Assembly (NCBI GenBank): GCA_017654855.1
Contig: CM030335.1
Location: 1,364,001 to 1,428,000 of the forward strand
DNA length: 64,000 bases
DNA from: Podospora anserina
Lineage: Eukaryota
Reading direction: 5' to 3'
Shown: positions 12,311 through 25,315 of the stretch, in pieces
Numbering within the stretch: the stretch's first letter is position 1
Layout: every line of letters begins with the position of its first letter
Notes under the pieces: model-generated
Told to the model about the DNA's origin: nothing
The model's database searches: none
What the model saw: the letters and a program-made list of their open reading frames with translations, nothing else
Made by a program: the position numbers and the translations under genes

Positions 12311-14171
12311 ACGTACATTATAAGCGAGTGCACCATATAAGCGAGTGCACCACTTTCCACCACCCTACGAATACTATCCTCAATTACACCACATCAACAC
12401 AAGGAATTAACTATAATTACATCAGAAACAGCTGAATCTGAGGCATCTGCAGCTTCCTGGCAAGTGCGCGCATTATGGCCAGGCTTGCCGCACACACTAC
12501 AGCACTGAACCTTCGTACGAGCCCCCCCTGCATTACTACTATCCGGCTGCGTTTCTTGCACTCCCTCCTTATCCACGGCCTTCTGATCCAATAGATCCTG
12601 TGCCTCTTGTATAGTAAGTGACCCTCCAAGCCTTACACGTTTTTTTTTAGCTCTCCGGCGCTTGCTTAGTGCCTCATTGGCCTTACGGAGCGAAGAGACC
12701 TCTGCACGAAGGAGAGCCACCTGGTACATTATAGCCGTTGTACCTTTAGCAAGCTGGTCTACTGCAGCCAGCATTGAAGTCGGGGAGCTATTTTGATGGT
12801 TGGTAATGCGAGTCTTGATGAGCGTTGATTGTGAATTGGCTTCTCGAGGGTTGTGTGGTGTCTGGGAGACCCAAGGTTGTGCAGTGCCGGGCCATGAGTT
12901 TGGAGGTGTTGGCGTACGAAGCTTCACATCCAGCTTAGAAAGCACCCTCTCTGGATCGTACGGTATAAGGCCAGCGCCCGCAAAGCCACCCTGTATATTC
13001 TTCTCTGTTAGAGACGAAGAAGGCCTCGCGGAAGGCACAGAGGAACTCGAGCTTGCTTATATGGTTAATATGCATACGCATTAAGTCTTCGATCTAGCGA
13101 CCGTACGCCTATTTTAGCGGCCCAAAGCAGCCAACATCGAGTGGCTGGAGGAGGTAGGAGGAGTGTGGAGGTATGTAGAGCGTAATAATATTATTCTGCT
13201 GGCAGTAGCGCTCGAATTCGGTCGAGTGGTGGCTTTCGTGGCTATCGAGGATCAATAACCGGTATTTGCCTTTTGTACGGGACGCTATATGATAGTCGAA
13301 ATACTTAATCTAATCTAGGCCTACCGGATTGGTAGTCTATCTATTATCGGTGGTTGCGATACGCCAGGTGGACGGTAAATTGCACTCGGTATACTAGTTA
13401 GCAAGGTGGTACTGTGCGGCTAAGATAATAAAGGGAGGGATAGCCTAGCCGAGGGCATTAACTCCCTGGATCACCGTTGCCCATTCGCGGTTGCCAGGCT
13501 AGGCTAGTTTTGCTTTGCTAAGGCCGTCCGAGGTCGTAACTACTATACCCGCGAAGATAATACCCATTATAAACCTAGTCTCGTCGAAATTGTAGATATC
13601 GTTATCTATAATACCGTACTTGGCCTTAGTGTTCCGTATAAGCGCAAACCACTCGACAATAACCTTTAGATCCTCGCACTTAGCCCTCTGGTAGTCGTAT
13701 CTACGCGTAAAACGCGTACGGAGCTGTGGCTGGCGTTTAACGAAGTTGTGTGCCCAGAGCTTGCCAACAGGGGGCGCGTCGCGTACGTGTAGCAGTTGGT
13801 TGGCCATATCTTCCACACCACGTAATCTTGGTGGAAAAGCTCGCGCACATAGCTCAATGATGTATTGAACAATAGCATCCTCTTCGGATTGAGTAAGCTT
13901 CTTCGATTTGGGCGTGGTATCGCGTCGTGCAGGCCGGCCAGCGCGTCGTCGTAAGAGAGTCGTATGGTGGACGTTGTAGATCTTTCCTGCGGCTCGGAGG
14001 CTGAGATTTTTATCTTTTTCAAGAGCTTCGAGGGCTAAGATCACCCTGGCTTCCTTTAAAGTAGAAGGCATATTGGGTTGTGTAGAAAAAGTCGATGTTG
14101 GGTGGAAGGATAGTGCGTCGCTTAAAAAGTGGTGCACTCGCTTATATGGTGCACTCGCTTATAATGTACGT
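12311..14171 (-). mobile_element. Full-length pogo/Fot1-like (Tc1/mariner superfamily) DNA transposon, 1861 bp
   Basis: Perfect 46-bp TIRs (12311-12356, 14126-14171) each with an internal direct repeat TATAAGCGAGTGCACCA; TA target duplication at 12309-12310 and 14172-14173; transposase homology inside. Confidence 0.97.
12394..14071 (-). pseudogene. RIP-inactivated DDE transposase (HTH, DDE_1, C-terminal CCHC knuckle)
   Basis: NFDETRF, LLILDSHESH, LQPLDVG, CSVCGKPGHNARTC; seven in-frame TAG stops at 13090-13501 and a frameshift near 13010. Confidence 0.93.
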
Positions 14172-16667
14172 TATCAATTTTCAAATGTCTGAGATTAGGA
14201 AGATATTACGGAATTGGCAAATCGTTTGTCTGTAAAGCACCTGAGTCGCCTACAACTTTTTAAAAGCAGAGAGGTGTATTACTATGTTTCAATGCCCATT
14301 AAATACCTCTCAAGGTACAGTTCGGTACTTTTGCAGTGCCAGTTACCTTTTTTGTCCATGGCGTGCCAGTGTGAATCAAACTAGCGCAATTGCATTCTGT
14401 TAGTACATATGATTTTATTTTTCTTAGAGCCACTGTTCTCTCTGGAAAGCATAGATCCACAAAACCATTTTGACATCATGTCTATAGCTAGCCAGAAGTG
14501 AACATGAACAACTCGGTCAATATTCACTCTCTTATTTGAGCTCGTTGACGATCACGGGCTGCACCGTTGAACGAAGTGCTTAAGATTCATACAGCCAAAA
14601 TATCATACAAAAACATCAAACATGTACTTGCCACCAGTAACCACTAGACGGTGAGAGAGTGAGTGGGCAACAGTGGGGCAGAAGACGTTTGGCATCGAGG
14701 TATCTGGTCATGTCAGGAGGTCATCAACTGTGAAATGTAAAATTTGAGTGTGGCAATTCTGAAATCAGAACATGGTGGAGATCAAAGAGATATATGATCT
14801 TGTTGGGCATCGCTTACTCAGCGACATCTTGATTAGTACTCTGCTACGATTATTAGACTGATTTTTCATTGACAACCAAATCAGCGATCGGGTCTGAGCC
14901 AACAGGACCAGATGGCACAGTCTTGACACTGTTTGACAGTTTGACTGGGACGCGGTTTCGTACTCGTAATCGGGATCGGGAATCTGACCTCGGAGTGGTC
15001 TAGCGAGCATTGAGCGGTCGACAGTACGCGTAAAGCTGGCAGTCCATACGGAGCGGACTAGCCGATATCAACCTGCTTGACACCGGATGTGACAAGTGCA
15101 CCGGCTTCCACAAGACTTCCGATCTTGTAGGGCTGAGCCGGGCCGGACACAGATCAGAGCACGGCGCGGGCCTCTCCCGGAGCCGTTGTGCTGGTGAAAT
15201 GGTGATATTTGGCATTCCGCGACGTCTTGTCACGGCAGGGCACGGCGGGCTATCGGACTTTTGATGGACCCCGAAAAGTCTGCGAGCCAAGGGGGCTGAG
15301 ACCGTCAGTGGCCCACATGAATCCCGGCATGTCGGGATACTTTCTTCGGATGGCGTTTGATCCGCAGAAGATATTCGTCCCGTCTAGTCCCGTTCCCTTG
15401 CGCCTGGATTGGGTGGGATAGAAAACGCCAAGGCCTTCCAAAAGATGAGACCTTTTATTGATCTCTGGGGGTCGGGTGTTCCCCACGTGCTTGAGACAGA
15501 CAGGCGGGGGTCTCTAGTCAGGACTCAGGGGAACAACGAGGGGCTCGAGTGCGAAAGCGCAAAGACACACAGTCCCGACTTTCACAATGACCGAGCACAG
15601 ACAGCTGTGGTTTCGAGGGATGATTACTTGTTGGAGGGCATGATGGCAACGTATGCTGACAGATCCAGATTGATAAGGGGGCGGAGGTTCTGCTCTGTTT
15701 GTGGGGGAGGCAAACACCAACACTTTTTTTCCCCCTTGACTGACGGTTGGTGGGGGAGAGAAGCCCAGGAACAAGCTGATGTAACGGACCCACGGTGCAA
15801 TTTCGCATGCCGGTGAATGGACCAAAAACCCCGCTAACGATATCCACGATCTCACCCGTTGCCTGATCAAGCATTGATCAGGGTTCTGGGGAACGAAAAC
15901 GAGCCAAAGGGGGCAAGTATCCCCTACACCACAACATGTCGATACCAAACATTTATGCGTGAGAACAATCCGTCATAGAGATGGCACGATCGAGCTCGAA
16001 GTCACAGAGAGATTCACGAAGTGTCGGAACCGGCTGCACGGCGCGTAATGCATTACATACGGGAGCCGTGTCAGCATCATACACATCGCCAGTTTGTTCT
16101 CTCGAAGCCTTGGACGCCCCGGCAAACCCAATGAAGAGACAGCCCACGGCGGGGATCCAGCTCCACAAGGCTCACGCTTGCTGCCGGGAACTTTCCCTGT
16201 GAAGTGGTTACTGGGAGCTGGGAGCTGGAAGCTGGGCGAACAACAAGAGAAGAAGAACCCGGGGCGGTGGGCAGGTCTCGCACTGCGTGGTGGGCGCAAA
16301 CCCCGTTGCCCAGATCTCGACTAGCTCCGCTCGGGCCCTGCGAAGACTCCGTCTGCCCAGACTTGTCACTTTTATAATTCGCGACCCCCGATCGGGGCCA
16401 AGCAAAGGTCTTTTTTTCTAGTGCAATCGAACCAGACTCGTCGTCGTTGTATTCTGACGCGTCGTGGGACTGTTCGTCTTCTTGTCTCTCGTTCTTTAAC
16501 TTTTGCCAGTTTCTTGGTGTTCTTGGTGTTCTTTGCGCCGTTGCTGCTCTTCGAACTGTACGACTTTCGAGGACTTTGAGTGTTTGCGACTGAGTGATAG
16601 ACACCGATCTTGTCTCACAGCCCCATTCGCCAACTGCCACTACCTGGAGACAGCCAACGAACCGACC

Positions 16668-19600
16668 ATGTCCTTTACTGGGGCAGGTTCCTTCGGGAAC
16701 TACGACCTCACGGCGCAGAGTACCGGAGCGCCTCTTGGGCGAACGACGACAAACGACCAGCAGCGGGAGGAGGTTGTGACTGCTGGGGGTTCTTCACCGG
16801 GACGGAATGAGAACGACGTGAGCAGGACGAGGGCTACGTCCCTGACTGAGGTGGCCGACAGTGAAGCCGTTATTCGCAATGAGAAGGGCAACATCACCGA
16901 TGCCGCCGACGAGGATGAGGAAGCCATTGAGGAGGAGCGCCGCCACAGCGCCGTTCTTGCATTGGCGCGCAAGTACACTTCACAGTCGCATTACGGTGTC
17001 GAGCCCGGCACCAATGTCTTCGAAGCCGCCCTTCAAGATGAGAACTCGCCCATCAACCCCAATGGGCCCAATTTCAACAGCAAGGCCTGGGCAAAGGCTG
17101 TCGTGAGCATGATGGACGGCCGGGGCGCCTCTTTCCGGACCAGCGGTGTTGCTTTCCAGCACCTGAACGTCTTCGGCTTCGGCGCGCCCACCGATTATCA
17201 GAAGGATGTTGCCAACGTCTGGCTCGAGCTCGTTGGGCTCGCCCGCAAGCTGACCGGCAACAAGGGACGTCGCATTGACATTTTGCGCGATTTCGATGGT
17301 GTGGTCGAGAAGGGAGAGATGCTTGTTGTGCTTGGTCCCCCAGGTTCCGGCTGCAGTACCTTTCTCAAGACCATTGCCGGTGACTACAACGGCATCTACA
17401 TGGATGAGAACTCGTACTTCAACTACCAAGGTATGTGAAATCTGCGCCGATCTGGCCGACAAACACGCCGTGCTAACCAGTGCTTCAGGCATGACTGCCA
17501 AGGAGATGCATACGCACCATCGTGGTGAAGCCATCTACACGGCTGAGGTCGACACACATTTCCCCCAGCTTTCAGTTGGCGACACCCTCACTTTTGCTGC
17601 CCGCGCCCGCGCGCCCCGCCAACTTCCCCCAGGGGTCTCCAAGAACATGTTTGCCCAGCACTTGAGGGATGTTGTGATGGCCATGTTCGGCATCAGCCAC
17701 ACAGTCAACACCCGTGTAGGTAACGAGTACATTCGCGGTGTGTCTGGTGGTGAGCGCAAGCGTGTCACCATTGCCGAGGCTGCCCTGTCCGGTGCCCCTC
17801 TTCAGTGCTGGGATAACAGCACAAGAGGTCTCGATAGCGCCAATGCCATCGAGTTCTGCAAGAACCTGAAAATGTCGAGCGACCTTTTCCAGAGCACTTG
17901 CTGCGTTTCCATCTACCAGGCTCCCCAGAGCGCATACGACCTTTTCGACAAGGCCCTCGTGCTTTACGAAGGACGTCAGATCTTCTTCGGAAAGGCCAGC
18001 GAGGCCCGTCAGTACTTCGAGAGACTCGGCTTCGATTGCCCTTCTCGCCAGACCACCCCCGATTTCTTGACTTCCATGACAAGTCCCCTGGAGCGTGTTG
18101 TGCGTCCTGGATGGGAGGACAAGGCTCCCCGCACACCCGATGAGTTCGCTGCCGCCTGGAAGAAGAGCCCCGAGTACCAGGCTCTGCAGGCCCAGATCGA
18201 AGCCTACAAGGCGTCGCATCCCATCAACGGTCCCGATGCTGAAGCTTTCCGCGCGTCCAAGCAGGCCCAGCAGGCCAAGAGCCAGCGTGTCAAGTCGCCC
18301 TTCACCCTCTCCTACATGCAGCAGATTCAGCTGTGCCTCTGGAGAGGTTGGAAGCGCCTGACCGGTGATCCTAGTCTGAGCATCGGTGCTCTGGTTGGAA
18401 ACACCATCATGGCTCTCATCATCTCCAGTATCTTCTACAACCTCCAACCCACAACGGACAGCTTCTACCAACGTGGCGCTTTGCTCTTCTTCGCTTGTCT
18501 TATGAACGCCTTCTCCAGTGCTCTCGAAATTCTCACTCTCTACTCGCAACGTCCCATTGTCGAAAAACACAAGGCCTACGCTCTTTACCACCCATCTGCT
18601 GAAGCCATCGCCTCGATGCTGTGCGATTTGCCATACAAGATTGCCAACACCCTCGTCTTCAACCTGACCTTGTACTTCATGACGAATCTGCGTCGGGAAG
18701 CGGGCGCTTTCTTCTTTTTCCTGCTGTTCTCGTTCTTCACTGTCCTGGTCATGTCCATGATCTTCCGGACAATTGCCAGCTCCACAAGAACGCTCTCGCA
18801 GGCCATGGTTCCCGCCGCCGCCATCATTCTCGCCTTGGTCATCTTCACTGGTTTCGTCATCCCCATCGATTACATGCCTGGATGGTGCCGCTGGATCAAC
18901 TACATCGATCCCCTGGCCTATTCCTTCGAGTCTCTCATGGTCAACGAATTCCACGGTCGCAATTTCACTTGCACCCAGTTTGTGCCTAACCTCCTGATTC
19001 CTGGTTATGGTGACATTAGCCCGGCCAACCGCGCTTGCTCCGCCATCGGTTCCATTGCTGGCTCATCTGTTGTCAATGGCGACGACTACATCAACTCGGC
19101 TTTCAAGTACTACGTGTCTCATAAGTGGCGCAACTTTGGTATCTTGCTCGCCTTCATCGCCTTCTTCACCACCACCTACATGCTTGCGGCTGAGACAGTC
19201 TCTGCTGCCAAGAGCAAGGGTGAGGTCTTGCTCTTCCGTCGCGGCCACAAGCCTGCGTCCTTCAAGGAGAACAAGGGTGATGCCGAATCTGGCGGTGTCG
19301 CTGTTGCTGGACCTGTTGCCAAGGCGGCTGCTGGGTACCAGTCCGATAAGGAGAGTGGCAACATCCAGGGCTCGACTAGTGTTTTCCATTGGAACAACGT
19401 CTGCTACGAGGTCAAGGTCAAGAAGGAGACTCGCCAGATCCTGAACAATGTGGACGGATGGGTGAAGCCCGGTACTCTCACGGCTCTCATGGGCGTCTCC
19501 GGCGCTGGCAAGACCACTCTTCTCGACTGCTTGGCTGACCGAACCTCCATGGGTGTTATCACGGGAGAAATGCTTGTTGATGGCCTTCCCAGAGACGCTT

Positions 19601-21386
19601 CTTTCCAGCGCAAGACCGGCTACGTTCAGCAACAGGATCTTCATCTTCAAACTACCACCGTTCGCGAGGCCTTGAACTTTAGCGCTCTCCTTCGTCAACC
19701 CGCGCACGTCCCCCGCGAAGAGAAGCTCGCTTATGTTGATGAGGTTATCAAGCTTTTGGAAATGGAGGAATACGCTGACGCCATCATCGGTGTCCCTGGC
19801 GAAGGTCTCAACGTTGAACAGCGCAAGCGTCTTACTATCGGTGTCGAACTTGCTGCCAAGCCCCCTCTGCTCCTCTTCGTTGATGAGCCTACCTCCGGTC
19901 TCGACAGTCAAACATCTTGGGCCATTTTGGATCTTCTCGAGAAGCTCACCAAGAGCGGACAAGCCATTCTCTGCACCATTCATCAGCCCTCGGCCATGCT
20001 CTTCCAGCGCTTCGACAGACTCTTGTTTCTGGCCAAGGGTGGCAGGACTGTGTACTTTGGCGATATCGGCGAAAACTCCAAGACCATGACTTCCTACTTT
20101 GAGCGCAATGGTGGCTTCCCTTGCCCTGCTGACGCCAACCCCGCTGAGTGGATGTTGGAGGTTATCGGTGCTGCCCCTGGAAGTGTTACCAATGTCGACT
20201 GGCACCAGGCCTGGCGCGAGAGTCCCGAGTATGCTGCCGTCCAGGAAGAGCTTCAGCGTCTCAAGGCCCAGGCCAAGCCCTCTGATGCCCTCGCCACCGA
20301 CGATGGAAGTTATCGTGAGTTCGCTGCTCCCTTCGGCGAGCAACTCCGCAGTGTCACCCATCGTGTCTTCCAGCAATACTGGCGCACTCCCACCTACATT
20401 TACTCCAAGGCCATTCTCTGCCTCATCGTCTCGCTCTTCATCGGCTTCGTTTTTTTCAAAGCTCCCAACACCATCCAGGGTCTCCAGAACCAGATGTTTG
20501 CCATCTTCAACATTCTCACCGTCTTCGGCCAGCTCGTACAGCAGACTATGCCTCACTTCGTCGTCCAACGCTCCTTGTATGAGGTCCGCGAGCGTCCCTC
20601 CAAAGTCTACAGCTGGAAGGTCTTTATGCTCTCGCAGATCATTGTTGAGCTCCCCTGGAACACCCTCATGGCCGCTCTGATGTTCGTCACCTGGTACTAC
20701 CCCGTCGGGCTTGATGCAAACGCTGCCGCCGCCGGCCAGACTGCCGAGCGTGGCGCTCTCATGTTCCTGCTCCTGGTCGCCTTCATGCTGTTCACCTCCA
20801 CCTTCACTGATTTCATCATTGCTGGTTTTGAGACGGCCGAAGCAGGCGGCAACATCGCCAACTTGCTCTTCAGTTTGTGCTTGATCTTCTGCGGTGTCCT
20901 GGCTACCCCTGAAACCATGCCCAGGTTCTGGATCTTCATGTATCGCGTCAGTCCCTTCACGTACCTTGTCAGCGCCATGCTGTCCACCGCTGTCGCCAAC
21001 TCCGAAGTCGTCTGCGCTGCCAATGAGTTGCAGAAGTTTGCGCCCCCCTCGGGTCAAACTTGCTTCGAGTACCTCGAATCCTACATGGAGATTGCCGGTG
21101 GTTATCTCACCAATCCCAACAGCACCGACATGTGCTCATTCTGCACCATCAAGGACACCAACGTGTTCCTTGCTCAGGTCGGCGCCAACTATGACGACAG
21201 ATGGCGCAACTTTGGGTATGTGATTCCACTCTCTCTTCATTCTTTTCATGTTCAACCAGCTAACCTTGTTCCCTTTGCAGTATCCTCTGGGCCTTCATCA
21301 TCTTCAACATTTTCGCTGCTCTCGGTGTATACTGGCTCGTCCGTGTACCCAAGAAGAAGCTCGGTGCCAAGGCGAAGAAGGAGTAG
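16668..21386 (+). CDS. PDR/ABCG full-size multidrug ABC transporter; introns 17431-17488 and 21216-21280
   Basis: [52 protein letters not shown]; (NBD-TMD)2 layout; spliced C-terminus ends KAKKE-TAG. Confidence 0.95.
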
Positions 21387-21708
21387 ATCGGTCTTCTCCT
21401 GCTACCCACGAAAAAGACCCAACAAAAATTTTCAGCCAAGTAACGAAGACGACGAAAACGATGATGCTTGGGTGAGGTGGTACGAGTTCGTCTTTCGTGT
21501 CATGACACGATGCGCATCTTGTCCCCACACCTCCCGTCATCATGATCTCCCCTCCACACCGGCATCGAGGCAAAGTCCGCTTTTGCTCTTGATATCTTGC
21601 GACTTGTTTTTGCTTCGCCCCTGCTTAATCCTGGTCTCACCAGACACCAAAGCATTTACACCATCTTGTCCTCATAACCACCGTCTCGCAAGCAGCACAT
21701 AGCAGACG

Positions 21709-21732
21709 CACATACACACACACACACATACA
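21709..21732. repeat. Imperfect (CA)n microsatellite 3' of the ABC gene
   Basis: CACATACACACACACACACATACA. Confidence 0.8.
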
Positions 21733-22212
21733 AAGCGATCGGATACCAAATGTACATTTCTTGCATCTTTCACTGTCCTTGTTTCTCTCTTATTTTTTAT
21801 ATAATGTCTAAAAGAATAGAACTCCTTTTGGTATCGGGTCAAACCTAGGAAGGGAGGCAGCCATTGATGAGCCTCATGGCAAAGCGGGTCGTTTATATTG
21901 CATTTCCAGTTTGGAATTTGCTTTCTTGTACATAAATCCTGGATTTGGTTTGCTTTTTGTCTTGTCTATAGCACAATGCCCCCATTGTACATGGACAGTA
22001 ACGACAGTCAAAAGGGAAAAAGGGTCATGATAGAAGTGGATGAATCAATATGATACCAATTTATTTTGATATTGCTTTCTTTGCGTGCTTGTGCCAGGAG
22101 TCTTAGTGCTCATGGAATGATAATGTGTCACTGAATTAAGACTGTGCTTTTTTGTTTCCGGTAACTAATAATACAACCATTTGACGCTGACACGTCCCTT
22201 ACAACCGGGACC

Positions 22213-23952
22213 TTAAAGAAAGCTGATTCCAACACCAACCTGCAGTCCCTTTCTCCCCTCCTCCCCTCTCCTCAGCACAAGCGGCAGGCTAAAGTTGAGC
22301 TCAAATCTTGCCATAGGATGGGCATACACCAGCCCAAACCCAGCAGCCACACTCGGCAGCCCGTTCCCAAGCTGCCCAACAGCAGAGGCCACACCTTCAA
22401 ACACCTTCTTTGGCTCCATGGCCAACACCCGCCCATTTTCCCCTGTGGCCACCTTCTTTTGAAGCGCCACCATTCGGCCACCATTGGCAAAGAGCTGGAA
22501 TCTCAACGGCGAGTCCGCACCCAGACGAGGAAGAGGAAACATCATGTTCACGCTCCCAGCAGCGAAAACGTCACCACCGACGGAATCAGCGCCGTCATGG
22601 GGGCCGAGACCGCCGAGCTTGAATCCGCGGACGTCAGCAGGGCCGCCAAGTTGGAACCGGTCGTTGATGCGGCTTGGACAAGCTGGAGCGGCAGGGTTGT
22701 AGCCCAGTGCTAGGGGGTAGAGAAGACCAACGCGGACACCCCCGCCGATGGAAACACCTGATTTGGCCTGCGAGCCGGGGAGGGATAATGGGATAGCACC
22801 GGACGTTTCGAGCTCGGTTTTGGCAAAGGCCACATCACCGCTTAGGGGTCCCCAGCCGGCGAGCTCGGAGGTGGTCTTGAGGAGATAGCCGCTTTGGGGG
22901 AGCATGGGGTTGTCTCGGCGGTCGAGAGTGTATATGTGGCCTATTGAGGACTTGACGGAGTCACCTGCGTCGGCCCGAACGGTGGGGGAAGCCTTGGGGG
23001 CCAGGCCGGTCAACTGTCTCCATACCCCGTTGTAAGTGACGGTGTGGGTAGCTTTGCTGTCGCTCAACCATGAGAGCTTAAGGCTGCCACCTGTGAGGTG
23101 TTCGTCATGGGATGCCCACGGCTTTTGTGTTGATGAGCGGAGAGCGTCCAAGACCAGCCGTATGTCTGGGTTGGCGTTTAATGGGGTGGAGAAGCTGGCG
23201 TTGTAGGCTGATCTGGTGCGTGTGCCGGTACTGGCGTTGATGGACAAAGTCTCGGCACCACCAAAGATGTTTCGGAATACACCATTGGTGTAAGCGGAGC
23301 CTTCTGCATTGCCAAAGTCGGTGCCGGCGGTGAATACTAGTCTGGACTTCTCCTTGACGTTAATGGCAATGTCCAGCTCTGTCCTGTTGGGAGGAGCATC
23401 AGGCCGGTTGGCCTCGGAAATGAATGCCCCGAAACCGTCCTCTTTGAAGATATCTACGTGAAGGTCATGTTAGGCATGGTTCTGAGTTCTTGATGAAGAG
23501 GCACAGACGCACCAAAACGGGAGAGCCGCCGGGTAGCGGCACCAACACGCTCCAAGCTCTCGCCGAGGGTCGAGGATAAGTTTTCGGGGCCCTCCACAAG
23601 AGGCTTGAATATACGATCGAGAATAGACCGGCGTGTATTTGAGGCGCCGTGCACTTCAATGGAGTTGATAGCAGCAGGGGTGAGAAGGTGCTCATCGAGC
23701 TGTGCGTGAGGGAGTGCTGTTAGTGACCCTGAGACAGTAAAATAAGCAGCCAAGAGCGCCGAAAGCAAATGTCTTGTACCATATTCGATTTGCTATCGTA
23801 GGCCTGGTGTTGTGAAGGAACGGCGGCCTATGTGTGAGATTGGTGTGTTAATAGTCTTCATCCAGAGTCCCAGAGTCCGGCTGGCCAAACAGTAGAATGC
23901 CATTCTCTTGTAAACTTACACCGCTGCTGCCGGAGCCGAGAGAGGCTCCCAT
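22213..23952 (-). CDS. SAM50: Mitochondrial outer membrane SAM complex beta-barrel subunit Sam50/Tob55, multi-exon
   Basis: POTRA-like IEVHGASNTRR, DRFQLGGPADVRGF, ARFELNF, C-terminal beta-signal LQVGVGISFL. Confidence 0.92.
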
Positions 23953-24370
23953 GTTGTGAGTGAGGCTTGCTATCACTCTGGCTTCGGAAGCTCTTCAGTG
24001 AGAGTCCCGGATTGGATTGGACAAGGGTCCGTGGGAATGGGGCGCTCGAAACGGGTCCACTTTAATCTTGGCTTCGGTGCATCGCTGACGTAAGAAGGCG
24101 CAGGCCCCACTTCCTTTGATTCCTTCCATTCACCTTTGGGACCGGTGGGCTTGTCAGCCGCAACCCTCTCTTTGCCTTCGCCCTCCAACCTTGATTTCGT
24201 CACCCACGCTGCCACAAGCTTTTTATCCCCAGCCAACGTCCAGCGCATTCAACACTCTGCGCGCCCCTCTCTCTCTACAGTTTTGGGCCGTTTCAGCAAC
24301 TACACTGTCTCTCTCTCAGCGCACCGTCACCGCCCGCCCGATCAGCCACGTCCCTCATTCCTCGTTCAAG

Positions 24371-25315
24371 ATGGCCAGTCGTGCAGCGCACAAGCGCGTA
24401 AGTGTCTCTCTCGGTCCTCCTGGCCTGGCCACATGTCTGTCGTTCGTGGGGGAAATGTCTGACTTGTTCCTCTTATCCAGTTGACGCGCGAATACAAGAG
24501 CATCTCTGAAAACCCACCTCCGTACATCCAAGCCCACCCCTCGGAAACCAATATCCTGGAGTAGGAACCGCCTCTCCCCCGCGCAAGCACAAGAACGGCT
24601 ACTGACCAGCTTCTCTTACAGGTGGCACTATGTTATTACCGGTCCTGAGGACACCCCCTACCATGGCGGCCAGTACTGGGGAACCCTGATTTTCCCTCCC
24701 AACTACCCCTTCGCCCCACCAGCGATCCGTATGCACACCCCCTCCGGCCGGTTCCAACCGTCAAGCCGTCTCTGTCTTTCCATCTCGGATTTCCACCCAC
24801 GATCATTCAATCCGGCCTGGGAGGTATCGACCATTCTGATCGGCCTGCTTTCGTTCATGACATCAGAGGAGATGACCACTGGGTCGGTGTCGGCTACCGA
24901 GGCCGAGAGGAGGATGTATGCCGCGCGATCTCGGTGGTGGAACTCGACAGGGGGCGGCTCGCACTTGAAAAGAGACAGCAAGGCTGGTAAAGGCAACATC
25001 AAGGCCGGGGATGGCGGTCTCAAGTTCAAGTCGGAATGGCCAGAAATTGACGCTGAAAACTGGGCGTGGATGCGAGAAAACAAGATTGATACGGCTACGG
25101 GGATGAAGATGGTTGAGTCGAACCCTGCTTCTTGTGGGCCCCAACTCGGTATTGCTACCGGGAGCGGCCACCAAGCCCATGCGGTGGTGGATGCTGTCAT
25201 TCAGCAACGAGAAGCAGGGCAAGGTTGGCTTCGCAACAACAAGATGCTGGTGGTTGGAGGCATCATCTTTATTTATGTTCTGATTGCACGGCTACTAGGT
25301 GAGGGCACTCCATGA
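24371..25315 (+). CDS. UBC6: Tail-anchored ER ubiquitin-conjugating enzyme Ubc6; introns 24398-24480 and 24561-24621
   Basis: MASRAAHKRLTREY, TPSGRFQPSSRLCLSISDFHP, C-terminal transmembrane helix. Confidence 0.93.

Larger units (their letters stand above)
11700..14827 (-). pseudogene. Heavily degraded gene relic (possibly F-box/LRR-type) split by the transposon; boundaries approximate
   Basis: Joining the flanks at the TA target gives the continuous frame YLPNLRHLKIDTWWVGNHHGKLLIVIENIRKSLL; a frameshifted MSLS..MPNKII start near 14827; many stops elsewhere. Confidence 0.3.

Noticed and set aside
17572..21057. Long antisense ORFs (460 and 664 aa) over the ABC transporter
   Set aside because: Shadow frames expected from strong C-ending codon bias on the sense strand; no recognisable motifs
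17275..21702. 1475-aa ORF as the ABC protein
   Set aside because: Both ends are read-through of introns; the spliced model 16668-21386 restores conserved termini
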